DNA from: an uncultured Chloroflexia bacterium
GTDB taxonomy: Bacteria; Chloroflexota; Limnocylindria; Limnocylindrales; CSP1-4
DNA: 64,000 bases
Assembly (NCBI GenBank): GCA_963729175.1
Contig: CAVSMY010000015.1
Coordinates: 5,841-69,840 of the forward strand
Direction: 5' to 3'
The position numbers were made by a program, and so were the translations under genes. Each line of letters opens with the position of its first letter. Positions within the stretch are counted from its first letter, which is position 1. Positions 51,792 through 60,934 of the stretch are shown one piece after another. The notes under the pieces are model-generated. The model was given only the letters and a program-made list of their open reading frames with translations. It was not told the origin of the DNA and did no database searches.

Positions 51792-54700
51792 ATGGACGAC
51801 GAGCAGCGGAGCCAGACGCCGGACGCGACGCCGGAGGACGACGCGATCGGCGGCGACCCATCGGCGCCAGGAACGTCGAGCCGGGCCGCGATGCCCGGCG
51901 GTCCGTCCGCGCCCGGCGAGACGGACCTGCGGACCTTCCTCATCGCCGACATCCGCGGCTACACCTCATACACCGAAGAGCATGGCGACGAGGCGGCCGG
52001 CCAGCTCGCCGGGCGGTTCGCGGCGCTCGTCCGCGAGGTCGTCGAGGGGCGCGGCGGCTACCTGCTCGAGCTCCGCGGCGATGAGGCCCTGGCGGTCTTC
52101 TCCTCCGCTCGCCAGGCGCTCAAGGCGGCGAACGAGATCCAGCGCCGCCAGGAGATCGATGCGCTCCCGCGTGGCATCGGCATCGGCCTCGACGCCGGCG
52201 AGGCGATCCCGATCGAAGGCGGCTTCCGGGGCTCGGCGCTGAACCTGGCCGCCCGGCTGTGCGCCCAGGCCGGGCCCGGCCAGGTCGTCGCCTCCGAGGC
52301 GGTGATCCATCTCGCCGCTCGCGTCGACGGCCTCGCCTACATCGACGCGCGGACGCTCCGGATGAAGGGCCTCGACGAGCCGGTCCGAGCGGTGACGGTC
52401 GTGCCCGAGTCGCAGGCCCCCAAACGGCGCCGGAGCGGCGGCGGGCGGCGTGTCGAGCGCCGCGGCACTCTGGCAGCAGCGGGGCTGGGCCTGGCCGTTG
52501 TGGTCCTCGGGCTGGCGGTCGCGGGCTCGAGCCTGTTCCGGGGCGGACCGCCGTCGACACCCGGTCCCTCGAGCGCGGCGGAGCCGTCCTCCTCGCCGAC
52601 CCCGGCACCATCCCTCGTCCCGGGCGCGGGCGAGATCGGCGTCGCCGACCTGCCGGTGGTCGCATTCGTCGACCCGGCGACAGGTGCCGTGGGCGAACGG
52701 ATCAAGGGCTTCGGCGAGCCGGTCGATGCGAGGTTCGAGGACGGCGCGTTCTGGGTCCTCGACGACGCCCCGCGGGCCCTCCATCGGATCGATCCGTCGA
52801 CCGGGGCGGACACGCTCCAGGTCCCGCTGGGGTTCGACGTCGGGCACTTCACCGTCGGTGGTGGCCGCATCTGGGTGAGTGAGCCGACCACGACGAAGAT
52901 CCACGAGTTCGATGCCGCCTCCGGTCGGGAGGTCGCGTCGTTCGACGTGAGCAACAGCTCCTTCATCAACCAGGCGATCGGTGGTCTCGCCTTCGGCGAT
53001 GGCGCGCTCTGGGTCTCGCATGGGCCGGCGGATGTCAGCCGCGTCGATCCGACGAGCCATGCGATCCGCGAGAGCATCACCACCGAGGCGATCATCGGCG
53101 TCCAGTACACCCCGGACGCGCTCTGGGTCATCGGCTGGAACAACAACGTCGTGCGCGTGGATCCGGTCGCTCGTGCGGTGACGGGATCGACCGACATCGC
53201 CGGCCGCATCGGCGACATGGTCGCGGGAGGCGGCGTCGCCTGGGTCTCGCAGCCGGACACCGGGACGGTCGTCAAGGTCGACTCCTCGCTCGCCCAGACG
53301 ACGATCCCGACCGGACCGGGAGCCACGGCCCTGGCCTTCGACGACTCGACCGGGACGCTGTGGACGGCGAACTATGCGGCCGGGTCCGTCACCCGGGTCG
53401 ACACGGTCACGAACGCCCCGCAGACCTTCAACGTCGGGCACGGCCTGCAGACCATCGCCGCCGGCGGCGGCAAGGTCCTCATCGGCGTGACGAGGAGCCC
53501 GGACGAGATCGCGTCCGCTCTGACCGGGACGGTCCTGAGGATCGGGACGGGCGAAGACTTCTACGTCACTGATCCGGCCATCTTCGGACGGACCGACGCG
53601 CGATCCCAGGTGGATCAGGCCACCTGCGCCAGGTTGCTGGACTATCCGGACAAGGATGGTCCGGCTGGAGGGACGCTCGAGCCCTCTGTCGCCACAGCCA
53701 TGCCCGAGGTCTCGCCCGATGGCAAGACGTACACCTTCACGGTCTCCTCGGGATCCGCCTTCTCGCCGCCGTCCAACGAGCCGTTGACCGCCGAGACGTA
53801 CCGGGCATCGATCGAGCGGGCGATGGACCCCGGGCTGGGCGGTGACGAGTTCGCGCCCGGATACGCTGCACTCTCGGACATCCGTGGCGCCCTGGCCTTC
53901 CACGGTGGTCAGACCGACCACATCGAAGGCATCACGGTCGAGGGCGACCGCCTGACGATCCAGCTCGTCCAACCGTCAGCGACCTTCCTCCAGCGTCTGT
54001 GGCTCCCGTATTTCTGCCCCGTTCCGATCGGGACGCCGGCGGTCCAGGCGGGGATCAACGACCCGCCGATCGCGCGCTCGGGACCCTATTACATCGACGA
54101 GCATGTACCGGGCGCGATCACGGTCCTGAGGAAGAACCCGAACTACACGGGACCCCGGACCCCGACCTTCGATGCCATCGCCTACCTGTTCGAGCCGGAC
54201 CTGGGTCAGGCGGTCGGCCGCGTCGAGTCCGGGGCCCTCGATGTCGCGGCCGGGGCAGGCCCGGCCCTCGACATCGGAGGTCGCATCGATCGAGCCTGGG
54301 GACCGACCTCCGAAGCTGCGGGCGGGGGCGACCAGCGCCTCTTCCGCGGTGCCGAGACCGGGCTCGACTTCCTGGCTGTCAACCCCGGAAGTCAGGCACT
54401 GGCCGACCCCGACGTCCGGCGTGCCATCGGACTGGCCCTCGATCGACCGAGCCTCGCCCTGGCGATGCACTGGGCCCCGACCGACGAGATGGCGCCGCTG
54501 ACGGCGACCGGCATCACCGAGACGGATCGGTTCCCACTCGATGGTCCGCACGTGGACGAGGCGAAGGCGCTTCTCCATGGACGTCAGCTCACGCTCAAGA
54601 TCGCCTGGTACGACAGCAAAAGCTGCCCTGCGTGCCGCCAGGCGATCGACGTCATCGTCAAGGACCTGGCCGCGGTCGGGATCACTGCCACGGAGGAAGA

Positions 54701-55085
54701 GTCATCGTTCCCGGCGCAGTTCGCCGCAGGGACCGATAGCGGCTACGACCTGGCGGTCGGGAACGCCTGGCAGGACCACCCGGACCTCGCCGAGTGGCTG
54801 CAGCGGGTCTTCCCGACGGGTAGTCCGTATGACATGACGGCCCCTGCAGGCTGGGTGCCTGCGGACATCAGCGCGGAGCTCACACGGGTCCTCGGACTGA
54901 CCGGGACAGAGCGACAGACCGCCGCGGCGGCCCTGGCGAAGAAGATCGCCGACGACGTCGACTTCATCCCGCTCTGGCAGCCGGTCTACCCGGAGTTCAT
55001 CTCCGAACGGGTCGGTTGTCTCACGTTCCAGCAGCCGTACCCATCCCTTGATCTGGTCGCCGCCTGTCCGGCCGGGAGCGGCTGA
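51792..55085 (+). CDS. Receptor-type class III nucleotide cyclase - propeller - SBP_bac_5 fusion, paralog C2
   Basis: About 1097 aa, intact. RTFLIADIRGYT, LELRGDEALAVF, GFRGSALNLAARL. TM: LAAAGLGLAVVVLGLAVAG. WV-type repeats. SBP region: TVLRIGT...LEPSVATAMPEVSPDGKTYTFTVSSGSAF. The start is ATG 51792 or TTG 51786, which overlaps the C1 stop. Confidence 0.9.
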   Translation: MDDEQRSQTPDATPEDDAIGGDPSAPGTSSRAAMPGGPSAPGETDLRTFLIADIRGYTSYTEEHGDEAAGQLAGRFAALVREVVEGRGGYLLELRGDEALAVFSSARQALKAANEIQRRQEIDALPRGIGIGLDAGEAIPIEGGFRGSALNLAARLCAQAGPGQVVASEAVIHLAARVDGLAYIDARTLRMKGLDEPVRAVTVVPESQAPKRRRSGGGRRVERRGTLAAAGLGLAVVVLGLAVAGSSLFRGGPPSTPGPSSAAEPSSSPTPAPSLVPGAGEIGVADLPVVAFVDPATGAVGERIKGFGEPVDARFEDGAFWVLDDAPRALHRIDPSTGADTLQVPLGFDVGHFTVGGGRIWVSEPTTTKIHEFDAASGREVASFDVSNSSFINQAIGGLAFGDGALWVSHGPADVSRVDPTSHAIRESITTEAIIGVQYTPDALWVIGWNNNVVRVDPVARAVTGSTDIAGRIGDMVAGGGVAWVSQPDTGTVVKVDSSLAQTTIPTGPGATALAFDDSTGTLWTANYAAGSVTRVDTVTNAPQTFNVGHGLQTIAAGGGKVLIGVTRSPDEIASALTGTVLRIGTGEDFYVTDPAIFGRTDARSQVDQATCARLLDYPDKDGPAGGTLEPSVATAMPEVSPDGKTYTFTVSSGSAFSPPSNEPLTAETYRASIERAMDPGLGGDEFAPGYAALSDIRGALAFHGGQTDHIEGITVEGDRLTIQLVQPSATFLQRLWLPYFCPVPIGTPAVQAGINDPPIARSGPYYIDEHVPGAITVLRKNPNYTGPRTPTFDAIAYLFEPDLGQAVGRVESGALDVAAGAGPALDIGGRIDRAWGPTSEAAGGGDQRLFRGAETGLDFLAVNPGSQALADPDVRRAIGLALDRPSLALAMHWAPTDEMAPLTATGITETDRFPLDGPHVDEAKALLHGRQLTLKIAWYDSKSCPACRQAIDVIVKDLAAVGITATEEESSFPAQFAAGTDSGYDLAVGNAWQDHPDLAEWLQRVFPTGSPYDMTAPAGWVPADISAELTRVLGLTGTERQTAAAALAKKIADDVDFIPLWQPVYPEFISERVGCLTFQQPYPSLDLVAACPAGSG

Positions 55086-55175
55086 TCGAGGAGCCCCGGG
55101 CGACCGGACCGGATCCCTGCCGCCCACGCGATTGACAGGCTAGAGAGACTGTCGGAACCGATGCAGGAGGAGGGG

Positions 55176-58100
55176 ATGCAGGACGGCAGCGGGCCTGACG
55201 CCGCCGGATCCGTGCCCGATGGCGCCGTGACCGAGCCCGCGGATGGCGCCGTGACCGAGCCCGCGGATGGCGCCGCGCCCGAGATCCGCGGCCGCGGGCG
55301 TGTCGGCCGACGGCGCATCCGCCGAGGCCGAGCTGCGGACGTTCCTCATCGCGGACATCCGCGGCTACACGACCTACACCACCGATCACGGCGCCGACGC
55401 CGCCGCCAAGTTGGCGACCGACTTCGCGGCGATCGTCCGCGAGGTCGTGACCGCCCACGACGGGTTCCTCCTCGAGCTCCGGGGCGACGAGGCACTCGTC
55501 GTGTTCGTCCTGGCACGGCGCGCCCTCCGGGCCGCCCTGGAGCTCCAGACCCGCTTCGCCGCGGAGCTGCCGCGCGGCGTCGGCATCGGCCTCGACGCGG
55601 GCGAGGCGATCCCCGTCGAGGGCGGCTATCGCGGCTCTGCCCTGAACCTCGCAGCTCGACTGTGCGGCCAGGCAGGCCCCGGCGAGACGCTCGCCTCGGA
55701 GGCCGTCATCCACCTGGCCGCGAAGGTCGATGGCATCGGCTATGCGGATCCGCGGACCTTCCGCCTCAAGGGCATGGACGAGCCGATCCGGGCCGTCCAT
55801 GTCGTGCCCAGTGCCCAAGGCTCCAGGAAACCGATCCGCTATGGGCGCGACGGCGGCGTGGATCGCCGGCTGCTCGCCGTCGGCGGTGTCGGCCTGCTCG
55901 CGGTGGTCATCGCGGCAGCCAGCCTCTCCGGTGCGTTCGGTGGGACGCCTGCGCCGTCGTCGAGCCCAGCGGCATCCGCCGCCGGGGTCTCGCCCTCGCC
56001 GGCGGCCTCCCCGGAGCTGTTCTCGGTCGATCAGCTGCCGCTCCTCGCGTTCGTCGACCCGAAGACCGGTACGGTCACCGACAGCCGGACGACGGAGTCA
56101 CTGCTCGTCGACGGCGGTCAGACCGACGACGCCGTCTGGCTGCTCGCCGTCGACCCACTGGCCATCGAGAAGATCGACCCGATCACCCACAAGTTGCTCA
56201 AGACGTTCTCGATCCCGCTCACGAAGATGGGCGGCGCGACGATCGCTGACGGCATCTTGTGGGTGTCGGACGCGACCGGTCCGGTCGTGATCGGGATCGA
56301 CATCGCGACCGGGGTGAAGAAGCACGAGTACCACTTCGGGGCCGACGAACACGACGTCACGCGTGCGGTCAGCCTCACCTCGCTCGACGGCTCGCTGTGG
56401 GTCGGCTCGGCGGACACGAGCGAGGTCCTGCGGATGGATCCGGCGACCGGCGCGATCCAGGCGCGGATCCCGATGCAGTTCCCCGACATCCTCCAGGCGG
56501 ACCCGAGCGGTGTGTACGTCACCGGATTCGGTCAGCTCCGCCGGATCGATCCGGCGACGAACACCGTCGCCTGGGCGACGGACATCCGTCCGACGTTCCT
56601 GCCGGACATCGCCTTCGGCGGCGGCTTCATCTGGACCGTGGACGACGCGTCCGGGCACGTATGGAAGGTCCAGCCGACGGGCCAGATCGCCGATGACTAC
56701 GACGTCGGTGTCGGGGCGCTGCCGATGGCGGCAGTCGGCGACACGATGTGGGTCGGGGTACAGGACACCGGGACCCTCGTCGGGATCAACATGGTCACCG
56801 GCGCGACCCGGAGCATCCATATCGGTCATCTGATCTACACGATCTCGAAGGCCGGGGATGACCTGGCGGTGACGCTCGGCCCGACGCCCGAGGAGGTCAT
56901 CGCGGCTGTCGACGGCGACGTCCTGACGATCGCCTCGCCGTTCGGGCCGTTCCAGAGCTCGGATCCGGCGACGAGCTCAGCGTTCGAGTGGCGCCAGATG
57001 TCGTACCTGACCTGTGTCGGCCTGATGCGCTACCAGGACGCACCGGCGCCGGATGGCTGGAACCTCATCCCCGAGGTCGCGTCGGCGGCGCCGACGATCT
57101 CGCCGGACGGGCTCACCTACACCTATGCGGTCCGCGACGGATTCATGTTCTCGCCGCCGTCGACCGAGGCGATCACCGCCGCGACCTTCCAGGCCTCGCT
57201 CGAACGCGCGCTGTCGCCGGCGATGGGCGGATTTACCGGTTACACCTCGGGGTTCCTGCACATGCTCGACGGGCTCGACGCCTATCGGAACGGAGATGCA
57301 GCGCACATCTCGGGCATCACCGTGACGGACGACACGATCTCGTTCCGCCTGATCGAGCCGACGGCCGACTTTCCGAACCGCTTGACCCTGCCGTACTTCT
57401 GTCCGGTGCCGGTCGGGACGCCCACGGTCGTCGATGGCCTCGACACGGCTCCGCCGCTCCCGTCAGCCGGCCCATATTTCTTCGAGACGCTCATCGGCGG
57501 TGAGCTGGCCCTGTTCGTGAAGAACCCGAACTACCACGGTGACCGCCCGACGCCGTTCGATGCGATCGCCTTCCGGACCGGCTTCGAGCCTGGTGACGCG
57601 ATCGGCCGGGTCGACGCGGGGACCGCGGACGCAGCGACAGCTGGGGCGTATGACCGCCTCGCTAACGCCGCGAGCCAGCTGGCGAAGACGTGGGGTGAGG
57701 GGAGCCAGAACGCCACGAACGGCGATCAACGGTGGTTCGGAAGCCCGCGGTTCCAGACGCGCTACATCGCCCTGAACACGAACATCCCGGCGCTGAAGGA
57801 CCCGACGATCCGCGAGGCGATCTCGAAGGCGATCGACCGCCAGCGTCTGTCCGCCCTGTTCGGGACCGCACCGGCGCCGATCCTTCTGCCGCCGTCGGTC
57901 CCGGAGGGTCGGACGACCGCCGCGGTGCCGGCACGCGACCTGGAAGGCGCGAAGGCGCTCATGGCCGGTCGCAAGGTCGAACTGGTCATGCAGATCACCC
58001 CGAAGGGCGACATCGTCGAGCTCGACGCGATCACGACCGAGATCGTCAGCGAGCTGTCCCAGATCGGGATCACCGTCACCGTCCAGCGGTCCGACGATCC

Positions 58101-58440
58101 GACGGCTGATGCGCATGCCGATGGCTCGACGATCGGGCTGATCGAGGGCGTTCTCGACAGCGACTTCCCGAGCGCCGTCGACCTCCTCGGCGCGCTCGAC
58201 TTCTTCGCCTGGCTCACACCGGCGGACTCCGCGGAGCTGGCTCGGATCCACGGCCTGGACCGAGACGAGGGGTCGCGGGCCGCGATCGCCCTGGCGACGA
58301 AGGTCGACGCGACCGAGCACCTCGTGATCCCGTACGGCTATCCCGTCTACCCGATGTTCCTCGGACCGCATGTCGGCTGCGGCTTCGTCCAGCCGGCGAT
58401 CGGGGCCGTCGACCTCTCGAGTCTCTGCCGGAAGCCGTGA
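55176..58440 (+). CDS. Receptor-type class III nucleotide cyclase - propeller - SBP_bac_5 fusion, paralog C3; probable frameshift near 55290 (or a later start at ATG 55267)
   Basis: The ATG at 55176 has a perfect AGGAGGAGGGG SD and encodes MQDGSGPDAAGSVPDGAVTEPADGAVTEPADGAAPE. The main 1057-aa frame from 55267 carries RTFLIADIRGYT, LELRGDEALVVF, GYRGSALNLAARL, a TM, WV repeats and an SBP region (DVLTIAS...LIPEVASAAPTISPDGLTYTYAVRDGFMF). Confidence 0.85.
55218..55283 (+). repeat. 24-bp tandem repeat (2.75 copies) encoding DGAVTEPA-DGAVTEPA-DGAAPE
   Basis: gatggcgccgtgaccgagcccgcg occurs twice perfectly (55218-55241 and 55242-55265), followed by a partial variant copy ending at 55283. Confidence 0.95.
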
Positions 58441-58522
58441 CCGACGATCCGCGGGAGGCGCCCGACCCGACCGCTGCCGAGACGCCGGCGGCCAGGACCG
58501 CCGAGGATGCGACGCGCAAGCC

Positions 58523-59014
58523 ATGACCGATCAGCCGGCCCCGCCGCCAGAGTCGGAGGCGACCACCTCAGCCGCGTCGGATGCCCCCGAGCAACGGACG
58601 TTCCTCGTCGCCGACAGCCGTGGCTATACCGACTACACCGACGAGCACGGGACCGACGCCGCATCGAAGATCGCCGCCCACTTCCTCGCGCGACGCGCTC
58701 TGGCGAGCAGCGGGATCGACTACCCCGACGTCGCGTCATGGCTCCAACGGGCCCTCGGAGCCGACGTGACACCGAGCGGTCGGGCGTCCTCGTGGACGAT
58801 CGGCGAGGTCCAGGCTGCCGTCGGCGCATCGGGTCTAACGCGGGAGACCACGGCGACGAAGCTCGCGGATCGACTCGTGTCGGAGGGGTTCGTCGTCCCG
58901 TACGCGGAGCTCGATTACCCGCAGCTCTTCTCGGATCGGATCGGCTGCATCACGTATCAGCAGGGCATCGCCGAGGTCGACCTCGCTGCGCTCTGCCTGA
59001 AGCCCGGAGCCTGA
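58523..59014 (+). CDS. Internally deleted fourth cyclase-SBP paralog (N-terminal about 50 aa of the cyclase joined to the last about 100 aa of the SBP domain)
   Basis: 163 aa. EQRTFLVADSRGYTDYTDEHGTDAASKIAAHF matches the start of the C1-C3 cyclase domains. The C-terminus ...LTRETTATKLADRLVSEGFVVPYAELDYPQLFSDRIGCITYQQGIAEVDLAALCLKPGA matches the C1-C3 C-termini. Confidence 0.7.
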   Translation: MTDQPAPPPESEATTSAASDAPEQRTFLVADSRGYTDYTDEHGTDAASKIAAHFLARRALASSGIDYPDVASWLQRALGADVTPSGRASSWTIGEVQAAVGASGLTRETTATKLADRLVSEGFVVPYAELDYPQLFSDRIGCITYQQGIAEVDLAALCLKPGA

Positions 59015-59051
59015 CCCGCAGCCGCTCATCCGGCCCCGCTACGATCGGCCG

Positions 59052-60068
59052 GTGACGACGGCCAGGATCCTCCCAGGTGACGACCCCGGCGCGATCGCCG
59101 AAGCGGCGGAGCGGATCCGCGCCGGTGAGCCGGTCGCATTCCCGACCGAGACGGTCTACGGGCTCGGCGCGGACGCCGGGGATGCGGTGGCTGTCGCTCG
59201 CGTGTTCGCCGCCAAGGATCGCCCGACCTTCGACCCGCTGATCGTCCACGTCGCGGATGCCGCGGCCGCCGGCCCGTTGATCGACCCCGCCGGCGCCGCG
59301 GACCGGAGGATCAGCGCACTGGCCGGGCGGTTCTGGCCCGGCCCGTTGACGCTCGTCGTGCGCAAACGGCCGATCGTCCCGGACATCGTCACGGCCGGCC
59401 TCCCGACGGTCGGGCTGCGCGTGCCCGACCATCCCGTCGCCCTCGCCCTGCTGCAAGCGGCCGGGGTCCCGATCGCGGCCCCGTCGGCGAACCGCTTCGG
59501 CGGCGTCAGCCCGACCCGCGCCGAGCACGTCGCCAGCCAGCTCGGCGACCGGATCGAGCTGATCCTCGACGGCGGACCGAGCCGGGTCGGTCTTGAGTCG
59601 ACGGTCGTGCTCCTGGCCGACGGCCGCCAGGTGCTTCTCCGACCCGGTGGCCTGGCGATCGAAGCGATCGAGGCGGTGATCGGTCCACTCGGACTGCTCG
59701 GGAGCGACGAGGAGCGCTCGCTATCGCCCGGCCGGGCCGCCGGCCACTACGCCCCGCGTGCCGCGCTGGCGATCGTCGCGCCCGAAGAGACCCCGAGGGC
59801 CGTCGCCGGCGAGCGACTCGGGCTCCTCGCGGCATCCGATGCGGACAGGGACGTCGCCGTCGCGAACGGCGGCCCGTTCGTCACCATCGAGGTCCTCGCC
59901 CCGAACGGCGATCCCGTCGAGGCGGCGGCGCGGCTGTTCGACGCCCTCCATCGCCTCGATGCCGCCGGGCTCGATCGGATCGTCGCCCAACCGGTCGCCG
60001 AGCGAGGCCTCGGCCGCGCGATCATGGACCGCCTCCGCCGAGCCGCTGCGGCTACGATCGAGGCATGA
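59052..60068 (+). CDS. tsaC: L-threonylcarbamoyladenylate synthase (YrdC domain + Sua5 C-terminal domain)
   Basis: 338 aa, GTG start. PTETVYGLGADA, KDRPTFDPLIVHV, WPGPLTLV, VGLRVPDHP, APSANRFGGVSPT, then a Sua5-type C-terminal domain. Confidence 0.85.
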   Translation: MTTARILPGDDPGAIAEAAERIRAGEPVAFPTETVYGLGADAGDAVAVARVFAAKDRPTFDPLIVHVADAAAAGPLIDPAGAADRRISALAGRFWPGPLTLVVRKRPIVPDIVTAGLPTVGLRVPDHPVALALLQAAGVPIAAPSANRFGGVSPTRAEHVASQLGDRIELILDGGPSRVGLESTVVLLADGRQVLLRPGGLAIEAIEAVIGPLGLLGSDEERSLSPGRAAGHYAPRAALAIVAPEETPRAVAGERLGLLAASDADRDVAVANGGPFVTIEVLAPNGDPVEAAARLFDALHRLDAAGLDRIVAQPVAERGLGRAIMDRLRRAAAATIEA

Positions 60069-60874
60069 CCATGGTCCGGCTCGACCGTCTCGGCCCCGGG
60101 GGCGTCGTCGCGCGGGTCACGCTGGCCCGGCCGGATGCCCACAACGCCTTCGACGCGAGTCTGATCGCCGAGCTGCGCTCGACGTTCGTGGCGCTCGGCC
60201 GAGAAGGGCCGGATCGTCTCCGCGCGGTCATCCTGGCGGGCGATGGGCCGTCCTTCTGTGCCGGCGCGGACATCGCCTGGATGCGGGCGGCGATGACCCT
60301 CGACACCGAGGCGAACGAGGCCGACGCCATGGCGATGGCGGACATGCTCGAGGCGATCGATACCTGTCCTGCCCCCGTCGTGGCCCGGGTCCACGGCGCC
60401 GCGCTGGGTGGCGGCGCAGGTCTGTGCGCGGTGGCCGACCTCGTCATCGCCGAGAGCGGGACGCGGTTCGGCTTCACCGAGACACGCCTGGGGATCCTGC
60501 CGGCGGTCATCAGCCCGTTCGTCGTCGCGAAGATCGGTCCGACGAATGCGCGGGCTCTGTTCCCCGGCGGCCGCCGCTTCGACGCCGTCCGGGCCCACCG
60601 GATCGGGCTCGTCCACGAGGTCGTCGAAGGCGAGGCAGCGCTCGATGACGCGGTCGCTGCGGCGGTCGCAGACCTCCTCGCCGCCGGGCCCACGGCGGCC
60701 CGAGCAGCGAAGGCGATCGTCCGCGAAGTCGCGGGACTCTCGCACGGCTCGTCGAAGTGGCACACGGCCCGGGTGATCGCCCGACAGCGCACCTCGGAAG
60801 AGGCACAGGAGGGGTTCCGGGCCTTCTCCGAGCGACGCCGGCCGGCGTGGGCACCCGACCCAGAGGGCGACTAG
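60065..60874 (+). CDS. Enoyl-CoA hydratase/isomerase family protein (methylglutaconyl-CoA hydratase by context)
   Basis: 269 aa, ATGA overlap with tsaC. NAFDASLIAEL, FCAGADIAWM, VHGAALGGGAGLCAVADLVIA, FGFTETRLGILPAVISPF. The specific function is inferred from the neighbouring MCCase and HMG-CoA lyase genes. Confidence 0.75.
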   Translation: MTMVRLDRLGPGGVVARVTLARPDAHNAFDASLIAELRSTFVALGREGPDRLRAVILAGDGPSFCAGADIAWMRAAMTLDTEANEADAMAMADMLEAIDTCPAPVVARVHGAALGGGAGLCAVADLVIAESGTRFGFTETRLGILPAVISPFVVAKIGPTNARALFPGGRRFDAVRAHRIGLVHEVVEGEAALDDAVAAAVADLLAAGPTAARAAKAIVREVAGLSHGSSKWHTARVIARQRTSEEAQEGFRAFSERRRPAWAPDPEGD

Positions 60875-60934
60875 GGCGCGATCGGCGACGCTGCCTTGCG
60901 CAGAATGGCTCGATACGCGACGATCGCGCCACTG

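Noticed and set aside
48561-58440. Cyclase genes considered as a CBASS/Pycsar-type anti-phage signalling system.
   Set aside because: Their architecture is that of membrane receptors with large extracytoplasmic ligand-binding domains. No adjacent effector (TIR, patatin, TM-pore, nuclease, cNMP-binding effector) and no phage or mobile-element context were seen.
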